From NCBI RefSeq assembly GCF_006345805.1, contig NC_043012.1, positions 22,878,001 to 22,942,000 of the forward strand: a DNA stretch of 64,000 nt, read 5' to 3'. The position numbers and the translations under genes are program-made. The notes beneath the pieces are model-generated. The model made no database searches. It was not told the origin of the DNA and was given only the letters and a program-made list of their open reading frames with translations. Below are positions 14,760-27,488 of this stretch, piece by piece (position 1 is the first letter of the stretch; every line of letters starts with the position of its first letter). Source of the stretch: Octopus sinensis. Taxonomy: Eukaryota.

Positions 14760-15219
14760 TACCAGTACTTGACAGGTACTTTTAGTTATTCACCTCAACA
14801 AAATGAAAGGCAAAGCTGACCTCAGCAGAATTTGAACCTAAAAATATAAAGACCCAGAACAAATGTAGTCTTTGGGAATATACCTAACAATTCTGCCAGC
14901 TCAGTGCTTAATGGTGACGATAATAATGATGATGATGATAATAATAATAATAATAATATTAATAATAATAATAATAATAATAATGATTTCAAATTTTGGC
15001 ACATGGCCAGCAAGCTTAGGAGAGGGAATAAGTTGATTACATCAAGCCCAGGACTCAACAGGTATTTATTTTACTGGCCCTGAAAGGACGAAAGGCAAAG
15101 CCAATTTCGGCAGAGTTTCAACCCAGAATGCAGCAACTGGTAAAATACTTCTGAGCATTTTGTCCAGCAAGCTAATGACTCTGTCAGCTCACCGCCTTAT
15201 AATAATAATAATAATAATA

Positions 15220-15272
<53 letters not shown>

Positions 15273-15965
15273 AATAATAATAATAATGATAATAATAATA
15301 ATAATAGTAATAATAATGATGATAATAATAATAATAATAATAATAATGATAATAATAATAATAATAATAATAATGATAATAAAATAATAATCATCATCAT
15401 AATAATAATAATAATAATAATAATAATAGTAATCCTTTCTATTAAAGGCAGAATTTTGGGGAAGGGGATGAGTAAATTACATTGACTCCAGTGCATAACT
15501 GGTACTTAATTTATCGACTCTGTAAGAAAGAAAGGCAAAGTCAACCTTGGTGGGAATTGAGCTCAGAACGCCGTTAAGCATTTTGCCTGGCATGAACAAT
15601 AATGATGATGATGATGACGATGATAGTAATAATAATAATAATCCTTTCTACTATGGGCACAAGGCCTGAAATGTTGGGGGAGGGGTAAATTTGATTACAC
15701 TGCCCCCCCCCCCCGCCAGCATGCAACTTGCACGTATTTCATCAATCTCCAGAACATTGAAAGGCAAAACTGACCTTCAAGGCATGAAATTTTGAAAGAA
15801 AGACCTAATTGATTACACCAACCCCAGTGCATAACTGGTACATATTTTATTGACTCCAAAAGGATGAAAGGCAAAGTTGACTTCGGTGGCATTTGAACTC
15901 AGAATGTAATGATGGGTGAAATATTGCCAAGCACATTACTTGGTGTGCTAACAATTCTGTTAGCT
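14760..15965 (-). mobile_element. Cluster of four family-B SINE copies separated by (AAT)n/(GAT)n arrays
   Basis: Copies at ~14760-14905, ~14985-15197, ~15430-15595 and ~15641-15965 carry the GAAAGGCAAAG motif. A compound trinucleotide array lies at 15198-15428. Confidence 0.8.
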
Positions 15966-16042
15966 TGTCACATTATCATTATTATTATCATTATCATTAT
16001 TATTATTAATAATAATAATAATAATAATAACAACAATAATAA

Positions 16043-16290
16043 TCTGTATCTATAAAAGGCATGATGTTTGTGTGTGTGTGTGTGTGTGTACGTGATTGTG
16101 ATTTATGCATGTCCACAAATTAGCACGCATGTCGCTCCAATTTTAGGAGCACATTTGTCAACACACTACCTGGGTATTATCAACTTATTTTTTTCCCCCA
16201 GGCACCTGAGGATACCGGTAAAAATCTATTTTCAGCCATAGCTTTTACCAATTTTGAAGGTTGCTGACATGAGTGAAGTCCATTCTAGCC
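16043..16290 (+). mobile_element. Possible 5' end of a non-autonomous Helitron
   Basis: Starts A|TCTGTATCTATAAAAGGCATGATGTTTGTGTGTG, the same 5' architecture (TC start, ATAAA, GT-rich microsatellite) as the complete Helitron at 55912-56265. No 3' hairpin/CTAG found. Confidence 0.3.
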
Positions 16291-16969
16291 ATAGCCAAGT
16301 GAAAGTGTGTGTGTGAGGGAGAGAGAGAAGTTGTGTGTTGATGTATGTGTGTGTGTGTGAGGGAGAGTGAGTGTTTCGCAACATCTAACAAAAATAGTAA
16401 AGAAAAAGTATGTGTAAGGAAGAGTATATGGGAGTTTGACAGCGTCTAACAAAAAAAAACAAGGTAAAGACAAAGTGAGAGAGAGAGAGAAGGGGAGAGT
16501 TTGACAGTGTTCATAAAAAATAAAATGTAAAATGTTTTGTTTTTTCTTAAACATAAGATATAGTGTTCAAATATAGGATGATTTTGAAAGACACTATATT
16601 TTATAATCAGAGTATATATACTTTCTCACACAACAATTACAATATATTTATTTTAAATCGTTCATCTTCCCTCCACCCACTCTCTCACACACATATTACT
16701 TTGGGTGTGAAAGAGGCATCTTATCCAACATTCTTGAGAATCTGGGAATTTGATGTCTTAGATAAATGAATGAATAAAGAATTATTGCAGATCTTTTGCT
16801 CTCAATTTTTTCCAACTCCAACTACGATAATTGTTTCTCATAATGGTACTGCTACCACCAGTAATACATATTTATAGGGCAAGATACAAAAAAAAAACAG
16901 ACTTTACACCACTGTATTACTGGTATGTATTTTACTGATTCCTTCACCAGGAATGATGACATGTCAACA

Positions 16970-17330
16970 AAGAATGTAAAGGAATATAGCCCCAAAGCAT
17001 TATGGGAACTAAGGCTCGCTTGATGGTGAAATGTCTTGGATTAGCAATGAAAGAGGGGGGAAATGTTACCAGAAAATTGCCAGAAGCCATTGAGAAAGCA
17101 AGCCATTACATCTGGCTCAAGAGAGAGTATGAGTGGTGCAACAAGAATGTGCACTGAGCATGGTAGAAACATGTGGCCCAAAGTCACAACATTTGACTCG
17201 ACAAAGCTTGTATTGTTATATGGGAGTTTTGTCATCAATGGGTGGCCCTGGGTAGCTTTAGTGTTCTAGTGGAACAGGCTGAAATACCTACAGAGCTGCT
17301 TCACTACTTGATGAGACACTAATTCCTGCA
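16970..17330 (+). mobile_element. Old HERO-like (RLE-type non-LTR) retrotransposon 3' fragment: ORF C-terminus plus 3' UTR
   Basis: Frame 16972-17157 reads ECKGI*PQSIMGTKARLMVKCLGLAMKEGGNVTRKLPEAIEKASHYIWLKREYEWCNKNVH*. This matches the C-terminus of the 45308-45769 frame (GCRGF...SLGL...VEKASHWIWLKRDDERW). Missed by the ORF track. Confidence 0.75.
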
Positions 17331-17751
17331 TTCAGAGATGGAATACAGCAGAACCCTCAGCATACAAGTGTTTATCCTAAACATAACATATAGCAAAGTA
17401 TTTAGTTTAGCATTTTCTCATTTCTGCCAGTCAAAACAAAGGAGCCTGTATGCAGTCACTTGAATGGTTTGAAATAACATTAAAATCTACCTCAGATCAC
17501 AGGATACTATTTAAAAAAAAAAGGTTAGGAGAGAGGACACTTTGGTTACTAAAGTCCTACATAACTCTAAAAAGACAGGATGGGCATGGCTGGAATACCT
17601 TTGTTTGATTACATGTTTGTTCAATGTGGATTCACCTGGAGTTGAGCAACAAAACATTTTTTTTGACAAATCAAAAAGTGAGCATCATTTGAATACCATC
17701 TTACCATTTTTTAAGGGAATGGATGCATTTTATGTGGTACTTGTAATTACT

Positions 17752-17975
17752 CATCATCATCATCATCGTTTAACGTCCGTTTTCCGCGCTAGCACGGGTT
17801 GGACGGTTTGACCAGGGTCTGGGAAGCCAGGGGTTGCTCCAGGCTCCAGTCTCATCTGGCAGAGTTTCTACGGCTGGATGCCCTTCCTAATGCCAACCAC
17901 TCCGCGAGTGTAGTGGGTGCTTTTTACGTGCCACTTGCACAGGTGCCAGGGGGGGTCCGGCATCGGCCACGATTC
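17752..17975 (-). mobile_element. Short, well-conserved RTE 3' end
   Basis: CATCATCATCATCGTTTAACGTCCGTTTTCCGCGCTAGCACGGGTTGGACGG; CpGs retained; one internal repeat unit. Confidence 0.85.
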
Positions 17976-18340
17976 CTTCTCCAAAAAAGAAGAGATGGCC
18001 ATAGCTAGAATGCCTTTGGTTATAAATCTATTCGACCAAGATTTTAAACAATAGAACCTTTATTTTAATTAAGATTATTACATTTCAAAAGATACCTACT
18101 TTTAATTTTCGCTTTTAGTTTTAATCCTATTTCCATCCAATAATGTTTTGCTTCTCACCGTTTTGTCTGTTTATGGCACTATTCCACAGCTGTACCCTTA
18201 CCTGTCATCCTCTGGAAGTGCTGCCATTATTTTCTTGGAATTTACATTCTTTCACGTTCCTTTGCATCTCTTGCAGTTTTATACTCTTAAATTACTCATC
18301 ACACTGTGTATGTGTGTGTTTAATTTCTTTACCAGTATTT

Positions 18341-18379
<39 letters not shown>

Positions 18380-19805
18380 AGTGTGTATATATGTGCCTGT
18401 GTTGAGAAAAAGTTGTACATAAGACACGTTCATGTGCAACAGAAAATGCCCACATGTAGACACACATAGGCATATGTGCAAATATACATACCCATAATGC
18501 AACATATTCAGATGTATTATCATACATACACACACCTATCTGTTTGCACATACACATATGCATCAGCATTTGACTACACACACACATATATATATCCAGA
18601 AGCATATACATACATGCAGACAAAACATCATCATCATTAATCATATATGTTTTTACACACACACACACACACACACACATGCTATGTAAATATAAACTTT
18701 GATACACACATATACGCAGACACATGTACATAATTACACCTGTGCATATGAAGATAGAGAAATACATGGATAATGAGACTGAGAGATGCATACGTGCATC
18801 TATAATCTCACCTGCACCATTTAATCATCCGTTCTCTTAAGTAAATTGATGAAGATGTTGCCGAAATGAATTACAAAGCAAACCCTCAAAAATCAGTGAT
18901 GACTTATCAAAAACATTAGATCTGCCAAAATTTCAGACAGTTCCGCACCCACGTTAGATATATAACCAACTACTTAGTTACCAAGAAAATAAGCACCGTA
19001 AAGAAGAAACAAATAAAAGATTTCACTGCGATGAGGCATCGTTTACATACTAAAGCACTGCACGTACAATAGCATTCCCTCCCCCACCGATTCTTGCTTC
19101 TGTCTTAAATCGGAAAACAAAAATATACAAAATTCTCAGTTATAATTGATAGACAATGATATCCAAAGACATTTCTTTCATTGTAAGAACGAATTCCTGA
19201 CTTTTTTACTTAAACAATTTTCAGTTTTGTTTCTTATTTATGTATTTATTTATTTATTAAATATGCATGCTCCAAAATTTGAAGCATACTTGTACATATG
19301 TATGTAGATAAATATATATGTATTTATGTGTATGAATGTGTGTAAGTACGTAAGCATGGATGTGTGTCTGAGAGAAGGAATGGTGCTGAAGAAGGTAGAA
19401 TAAAGAGAGTGTGTGGCTGTGTGTTTGATTAATTAATTTGGCAAGAAGTATCATTCTTGTCACTATTGTTGTTGTTACATTTGGCAGCTGAAATAATGAT
19501 TTAAGTGGAGTTGATGTAGTTTCTGTGCTAAATATGTACTCTTGACATTCTTATTTGTTCCTTGAACTATTTTTTTGTTTTTTATCAAGAAATGGTTAGA
19601 ACAGAGAAAAAAGGCAAAAAGGGAAATAAAACAATAAGAAAATCGTAAGAGAGGAGGACAAAATATAAATAAATAATAGATAAATAAAAAGTGCAATAAA
19701 ACATTTAGAACTAAACAATATGAAGGAAATGTAGGATTGTTCTTCCTACCTGAGATTATTGTTTCCATTTTGTTATTTAACATTAATAGTTTGTTATTGC
19801 TTTAC

Positions 19806-19843
<38 letters not shown>

Positions 19844-20057
19844 TTATATGGCTGTCTGTGTGTGTAACATACATTTATATATATATATATTGTGTATCTT
19901 GTGTAGACATAGGAACAAACGATATAAATTTTTTCTTATTGTAATTTCTTCTGTTCACACACATGCACGCACACCCATATATATGTGTATACATTCACAC
20001 ATACATACACATATATGTGCTGATGTGTATGTGTATATACATGTATATACATATGCA

Positions 20058-20111
<54 letters not shown>

Positions 20112-21029
20112 TTCATGTATATACAGTGTAAATCTTGTAAAGATCTAATTTTTACAATTCTTTCTTTTCTTAATTTTGTATAAAATTTTCCATATTAGCA
20201 TAAATGGAACAGGTTTAAACATCCCGAGTTTCCCAGTTTTTGAAACATATTTTCTAATCATGAAAGTAATGCCAGTTTCATAGAGTATTTTGCATGAGCA
20301 TATGCATGTATGCTTTTGTTCTTTACCATTTAGTCAGAGAAGGAAGGACAGTTGTACCTATAATTTTTATATTTTCAGAGCCTCTAAGTTTCTGATGAGC
20401 AGGAGAAAGGGAGAAAGTAATCCTTGAATGGGAGACCTGATCTGAATTTTTTCAAAAGAGTAGATACCACTAAAGCAACGGCATGTTCACCTGTTGGAAT
20501 GATGAGAACCATCTGGTATTTCTTAAGCACGCTTTGCACTGTGAATTTATTTCAAGTGAAGAATTGCACACTATCAACCTTACTGTCTCACCGGTGGCTA
20601 CTTTCAGTCCAGTGGCAAGACGAGGTCAAGACAACTGGGGAATGGAGATGGACAGTGGATGGCCAGCATGTTTTACTGGCCTCATTTTGCTCTCTGTACT
20701 CCAAAATGCATTGCTGTAGCCCCGTTCTCCTCCACTGAACCATAAAAATTTCTTCTACAGAGTTTGCCAAATTCAGCCTTCATATGCATAGGTAGCCAAG
20801 CCTTAATTAGTTAATTAACTCATAATTGGGACTCTGACTGGGAACAATAGTTGCTAAGAACTGGTTCCACATTCCTCAAAAACCTGGAACTCCACTAATG
20901 GCTGCGGTTTCATGTCACACCCAGGACACCAAACATACCCACAGACCAGGTAGGGGTGGTGGTGGGCATAAGCTGGTATAATGTTCTATGTGTTAACAAT
21001 TCTTGGAGTAAGTATCACAATATTACTTT

Positions 21030-21400
21030 CTGTTATTCTTTTCCTTGTTTCAGGCACTGAAATGTGGCCATGCTGGAGCATCACCTTAAAGGATTTAGCT
21101 GACCAAATTGCCTCTAGAAGTTATCTTTTTTTTGTGTGTGTGTCTGGTCTTTTTTAATGGTCTGTTAAATAAGAGAAATGTAAACAAACTAACACCATTG
21201 TCAAATGATAGGCGTGTGGGGGGGGGGGGCACAGACACACAACAGGCTTCCACAAGATTTTCTACTTCCCAAGTTCATCCAAAAAGTCAGCTCTGAGGCT
21301 ATAGTGGAAGACACTTGTCCACAGTACCTCACAGAGGGATTGAAATCTGGAACCCCATGGTTGCAAAGTGAACTCATTCACTATATAGCCAGATCCACAC
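21030..21400 (-). mobile_element. SINE family A, degraded
   Basis: TGTTTCAGGCACTGAAATGTGGCCATGCTGGAGCATCACC tail; GAGGCTATAGTGGAAGACACTTGTCC core. Confidence 0.75.
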
Positions 21401-21624
21401 CACCTGCTAAATTTATTTAATTCTTCCTTGAATTATTCATCAGTTCTACAAATAACTAGACCATAATGTACTTTACATAATTTACTGTAGTTCATTACCC
21501 TCTATGATAGATTCATTTGACTATCATAGCTACTGTGGAACACCGTTCTCAGATGTTTTAAAGTAATAACAAATCTAAGGAATTCAGAAGTGGATTCTTA
21601 TTTAATTTGTTCCATACTAGCTTT

Positions 21625-22220
21625 AATCTTTGACTTGTTTTGGCCGTTGGACTGCAGCCATGCTGAGGCACCCCACCCCTGAAAGATTTTTTGTCAAACA
21701 AATCAACCCCAGCACTTATTTTTCTAAAATGTAGTGTTTAATCTTGCTGTCTGTTTCACTGGCCAGCTAAGTTACAGGGACACAAACAAACCAACTCTGG
21801 TTGTCAAGTGGTAGTGGGTGACAAACACACTCACTTATGCAAACTCATATACAAAATGGACTTTCATCAGAATTATAACTACTATAATAAATGACACCAG
21901 CCCAAGGTACCATACATATTTCTTTACTACCTACAAGGAGCTAAACACAGAGAAGACAAACAAGGACAGACAAAGATTAAGTTGATTATATCGACCCCAG
22001 TGCGTAACTGGTACTTACTTTATCGACCTCGAAAGGATGAAAGGCAGAGTCGACCTCGGCAAAATTTGAACTCATAACTTAACAGCAGACGAAATACAGC
22101 TACTCATTTCACCCCGCGTGTTAACGTTTCTGCCAGCTCGCCGCCAAGGTACCATGCAGTGGGACTGAACATGAAACCATGTGGTTGGAAATCAAGCATC
22201 TTAACCACAAGGCCATGCCT
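21625..22220 (-). mobile_element. SINE family A interrupted by a family-B SINE
   Basis: A-family 3' half at ~21625-21913 and 5' part at ~22146-22220; CCCAAGGTACCATGCAGTGGGACTGAAC is rejoined when the insert is removed. Confidence 0.75.
21914..22145 (-). mobile_element. Full-length family-B SINE with a 10-12-bp TSD
   Basis: 5' end GGCGGCGAGCTGGCAGAAACGTTAAC (minus strand). AAGGTACCAT is repeated at 21904-21913 and 22146-22155. Confidence 0.85.
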
Positions 22221-22399
22221 AGAATTTTACAAAAGAATTCAAAGACATTGGCAGATGTTTTTTTTTTATTATTTGAACAAATTCCATCCACTTCATGAAA
22301 ACATGGAGACAGTAAATGTTATGATGATGATGATGATGATAATGATTAGAATGCAGGATTGCAGAAAATTGTTTGATTCCATTGCCAGAACGAAGTGAA

Positions 22400-22765
22400 C
22401 AGTCAGTAATGTTTGGTTTAATTCAGACGAAATAATAAAACTGTTTGATATTACTGTTTTCGTTTAGAGGTGATACTTGCTTTTGTGATAATACAGTTTA
22501 AAACAGGAATATTTTGATTGTTATTGTAGGTTTAGTCAGGAGTAATTGATTATTTTGCATTGTGGTTTTAATTCAGGAGTAAATGGATGGTTTGTTTATA
22601 GTGAGTATATTCAAGAATTAATTATTAGTTTGGTATTGCTCTTTTTGTTCTGAAGAGATGTTTGAGAGAGGTTATGGCATCAATTCCAGATTTTTATTTT
22701 ATTCTGCAATTTTAACGGTACATTTGATTGTTTGAATTTGCGGTTTTAATTTCAGGATGCTGAGC
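22400..22765. repeat. Degenerate ~35-40-bp minisatellite
   Basis: About nine decayed units resembling GYGGTTTTAATTCAGGAGTAAATTGATTGTTTTGYATT (e.g. TAGGTTTAGTCAGGAGTAATTGATTATTTTGCATT, GTGGTTTTAATTCAGGAGTAAATGGATGGTTTG, GCGGTTTTAATTTCAGGA). Confidence 0.55.
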
Positions 22766-22982
22766 TATGAAATAACAATGAGGTTCAATGGAAGATAAAC
22801 TCTACTCATAAAATCTGAATAGTTTTCTTTTCACCAATATTTAGTCTTAAGATACCTAACATTACGAAGAATCAACTTGCTGATTCAGTAAATTATAAAA
22901 CAATGAACTAAGAATTAATTACAAAAGAAGAATTGCATGCCATGCACACACACACACACACACACACACATGTGTATAGCAT

Positions 22983-23013
<31 letters not shown>

Positions 23014-23145
23014 CACACATATATATAGATATATATACAGATACATATACACACACACACACACATAACATATATATATATATATATATAAACACATATG
23101 TGTATGCATGTATGTATATATATATACATATATATATATATGTAT

Positions 23146-23189
<44 letters not shown>

Positions 23190-23251
23190 CACACACACAA
23201 ATGTATACATCATTGGAAACAAAAAACAATCTTGGGATGATGATGATGATG

Positions 23252-23382
<131 letters not shown>

Positions 23383-23791
23383 AGAAAGCATCAACTCCAG
23401 GTTATTAACTTTTATCTCCCTTTAAGTTTAAACATATATTCAAAGAAATGAAATTTTCATCACTTACAAAAAGAAAAAAAAAGATTAGTTTATAAATATC
23501 AGCTAAAATAAAATTTCTCTGTTTAGATATTTTAAGCTACAACAGTGGCAAAGAAAGCAGATAGAAGGATGAGAGAGGTGGGAGTGGGGTTTATCTTATT
23601 TCAGGTATTTTATTTTATTTTTTTTTTACTTTCTTATTCTTTTATTTAATTTTTATATCAAGCTTTCCTTGTCTTAAGGATGAAAATCAACACTGAGTCA
23701 ATAATATATTTTATTGAAAACAAGCTTCAGCAGAACTCTTTTTAATAACAACTTAGCTAAAAATTGTGTGCCTCATTTTGAACTATCAGCA

Positions 23792-23833
<42 letters not shown>

Positions 23834-24574
23834 TCTTCGTTTGCATTTTGGATTTTTGTACCCCCTACCACATGATATTCAAGTTCCTTGGTCTATAAAA
23901 GCAAATGAAAGTGGAACATGCTCTTTTCAAAATTTCACTCCTGGTTTTAAAAAAATAAAGGAAAAATGAAAACAAGATAATACTAAAAATATATATATAT
24001 ACACATATATAAAATAGAAGAAATTAAGTTTTTCAATTGCATTTTAATAATTCTTGCGCAAGAAATACACACACACATATGCACATATAGAGACACACGT
24101 AAACTCCCACAAACTCACAAACGCATACGCACATGTGTGTGTGTGTGTGTGTATGTACAGAACAGTACATTATATATATATAAATACACATATAAACACA
24201 CACACATACACATGTATATACACACATATAATATACATAAATATATAATGTGAATATATCTGAAGCAATGATGGCAGGGTGGGGTGGGGGTGGGGAGGAG
24301 AAGAAACAAAATGTCGTTCACTAAACTATAGTTTTGTCAATCTAAAATTCAACGGTGTTTTTTATTATTATTATTTTTTTTTTTTTTTGAAAATGTTATT
24401 AGGAAGGAATGATGTGTTATTGTTGTAATAGCTCATGAAATTAAAAATAAAAACCCTTAAATACAAGAGAATACATAACATAAAGTGTGGTGGTGGTGGT
24501 GGTGGTGGTGGGGAACGGGCAGAGGAAAGCAACTTAAAATTTGTAAGCTTGCAAATTGAATGCATTGAAAAGCA

Positions 24575-24768
24575 GTATCAGTGACAATGGCGATGGTGAG
24601 GGTGGCGGTAGTAGTAATAGTAGTAGTGGTAGCAGTAGTGGTAGTGATGGTAACAATGGTAGTAGCAGTAATAGTAGTAGCAGTGGTGGTGATGGTGGCG
24701 ATAGCAGTGGTAGTGCTAGTAATAATGGTAGTAGTTGTGGAGTAGTAGTAGTAGTAGTAGTAGTAGTA
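24575..24768. repeat. Degenerate (AGT/GGT/AGC)n trinucleotide array
   Basis: Mixed GGT/AGT/AGC units ending in pure (AGT)n. Confidence 0.85.
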
Positions 24769-25933
24769 TAAGGGTTTAAGAATTATTTGAATAAAAGGCT
24801 AACTTTCAATGAATCTATTGAGGTAACTAAATTTTACATAAACAAGTACATACACACACACACACACACACACTTATTTATTTTATCTCACTTTTCCCCG
24901 CGTGGCCTAATATGTCAGGTTAGTTAATTGAATTGAGATACTGTAGTTTAGTAAAAACACTGAAAACAATAATAACTTTTTTATCTATCAATTAGAAAGC
25001 TTGCCGTAATTCATTAGGTTTCTCTTGTAAGGAAGAACTACTTCTAATCTGATTGTACGCATATTTACACTCTCAGATTTCATCTATCCTATAGAATACT
25101 TTTATATCGTTATCTCACTTGATAGAAAAAAAAAATGAGTTGAATTTGATAGTTTTTAGACTTCTTAGGTCCTCATCAGAGAAAAATTTCAATTTTTTGC
25201 CCATTGAGAAAGCGTAACAGTTTGTAGTGCATACAATCTAGGACTCCACTAAATTGGTCAGCCTAATTTGCCTGACAGTACACACACTGACAATGTGAAC
25301 TAATTAATTCACACTGCATTACATAATGTTTTTGAATTATTTCACATGTTAAGTATACTTTTCATTAATATAACCACTTACTTTGCTTTCCTAGTTGTGG
25401 AAAGTAAAGTAAGTGGTTATACCATCAATTTTATTTCTCGCTGGACAGAAAAGTGGGAACCCATCTGACCAGTTTCTCTTCTATTTTGACATTCATTACT
25501 AAAATAACAGCCATCCTCTGTCTATAAAGAGATTTGAAGCTTTTAGCTATTTACAATGTACAGAAACTAGGACTCAGCTAAACCAGTCAGTTGACCCTAC
25601 AATGTATATACACTATTAAAAGTTCTAAATTACTAACAAATCCATGGATGGGAAATGGATATTTTTTTCTTGGTAAAGCTCTAAGGAAGCTAGTAACTCA
25701 TCAGATTGATACCAGTTTTTTCTACACACAGAAAAATAACAATCATGATAGGACTATTTTGTCAACTATTCCCAGTGAAACTAAAATTTCATGTTTATTT
25801 AAAAAAGTAAAGCTTACGCTTGAAATTAATGGAAAGGAAAATGCTGTGCAGAGCACTATGAATTTGTGTGTGTGTGTTCACACAAATTTACACATGCACA
25901 GGTAAATGTATATTTCAAATTAATGTGTATATA

Positions 25934-26462
25934 CAGGGTGACTGAAGAAAAAAAACAAACCACAAATCTTTGAATAAAATGACACAGAGGGATAGATTGA
26001 GATGGACAGTGATTCTAGCAAGATGGGGCCACCCCCACACATCAAATGACTCCCTAGCCTGGCTGAGAGAGCAATTTCAAGAGAGACTGATCAGCAGAAA
26101 GTGTGACGTTGGGTGGGCACTGCATTCACCGGACTTGAACCCCCCAGATTTTTATCTGTGAGGATATCTCAAGGATCATGTTTGTCAGAACAACCCTCAA
26201 ACAATTGGTGAACTGAAAGCAGAAATCAGGGAAATTCCCAAAGAGGAATGTGTTTGAGTAATTGACAATCTTGGGTGACGTATGCAAGTGTTTACATGAT
26301 GTATGCCATTTGGAGCATATCTTGAAAAGAACATGACCTTTATGCAAAGGGAATGATTGTACATAGACTAAAGTTTAAGTCCAGCAAATTTCAAGAAATT
26401 TACTGGACATTTGTAGGATTTAATAAAATTTTTATGGGTTCTGTTTTTCTGGGGTCACCCTG
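25934..26462 (+). mobile_element. Internally deleted Tc1/mariner element (529 bp) with terminal inverted repeats (TIRs) and TA TSD
   Basis: TA|CAGGGTGAC... and ...GTCACCCTG|TA ends. Internal remnant GHPHTSNDSLAWLREQFQERLISRKCDVGWALHSPDLNPPDFYL*GYLKDHVCQNNPQTIGELKAEI matches the WPPRSPDLxPxDFFLWGYLK catalytic region. Confidence 0.9.
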
Positions 26463-26574
26463 TATTTAGATATAATATATATAATATATATATAAATATA
26501 TTTATACAATACATCTATGTATACGAACGCATAAATATTTATTTATATACATATATATATAGACACAGACATAT

Positions 26575-26730
26575 CATCATCATCATCATTGTATAACATC
26601 CACCTTCCATACTGGTATAGTTTGGACAGTTTGACAAGAGCTGGCCAGGTAGGACAAAACCCCAGGCTACTGTGTCTGTTTTGACATGGTTTTCATAGCT
26701 GGATGCCCTTCCTAACACCAACTACCCCAC
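26575..26730 (-). mobile_element. Short RTE 3' end
   Basis: (CAT)n tail; TTTTCATAGCTGGATGCCCTTCCTAACACAAC. Confidence 0.7.
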
Positions 26731-26759
26731 AGAAATGTATGTATATGTGTGAGTGTATG

Positions 26760-26943
26760 TCTCCCAGTGCTGTTTGAAAAGTGCTGTTGGTTTGTTCACG
26801 TCCCTGTAACTTAGTGGTTCATCAAAAGAGACTGATTAAATAAGTATTAACTTTAAAAATAAGCACTGGGGCTGAATGGGTTGACTGAACCATCCAAAGC
26901 TGATCCCTGCCCAGCCACAATCCAATGACAGAGACAAGTAAAA

Positions 26944-26981
<38 letters not shown>

Positions 26982-27449
26982 CACATATTCTCTTATTCTT
27001 CTACCCCATTACTTGCTTCAGTCAACTGACTGTGGCCATGGTGGAGCCCCGCCTTTTAGTTGAAGAAATTGACCCTTGGACTTATTCTTTGTAAGCCTGG
27101 TGCTTACTGTATCTGTCTCTTCTGCCACATAGCTATGTTACGGGGATGTAAACACACCATCATCAGTGGTTGGGACAAACACAGACGTAAACACACATAT
27201 AGATACACACACACACATATATATATATCTGTAAAATAATATGTGACAATTATTCAATATCCAAGATAAAACTCTGAGATGGCTAGATAACAGAAAAGAG
27301 ATGGTGTTGTGGATTTCCACTTCGGCATCCGAAACTCAGTGTCTTATCTTGGCTATTGAATAATTGTCACATATCATTTTACAGATAAATTTCCTCTATT
27401 TACATAATATTGAGGTCTCTTTCTTTCTTTTGTTAGCTTACCGTTTTTA

Positions 27450-27488
<39 letters not shown>

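Noticed and set aside
20340-20960. GC-richer block with 60-104-aa ORFs
   Set aside because: All frames are interrupted and I recognise no protein motif. Probably an old repeat, but not assignable.
25591-25905. 104-codon ORF in unique sequence ending near an AG|GTAAAT donor
   Set aside because: TTG start, weak acceptor, no recognisable domain; within chance expectation.
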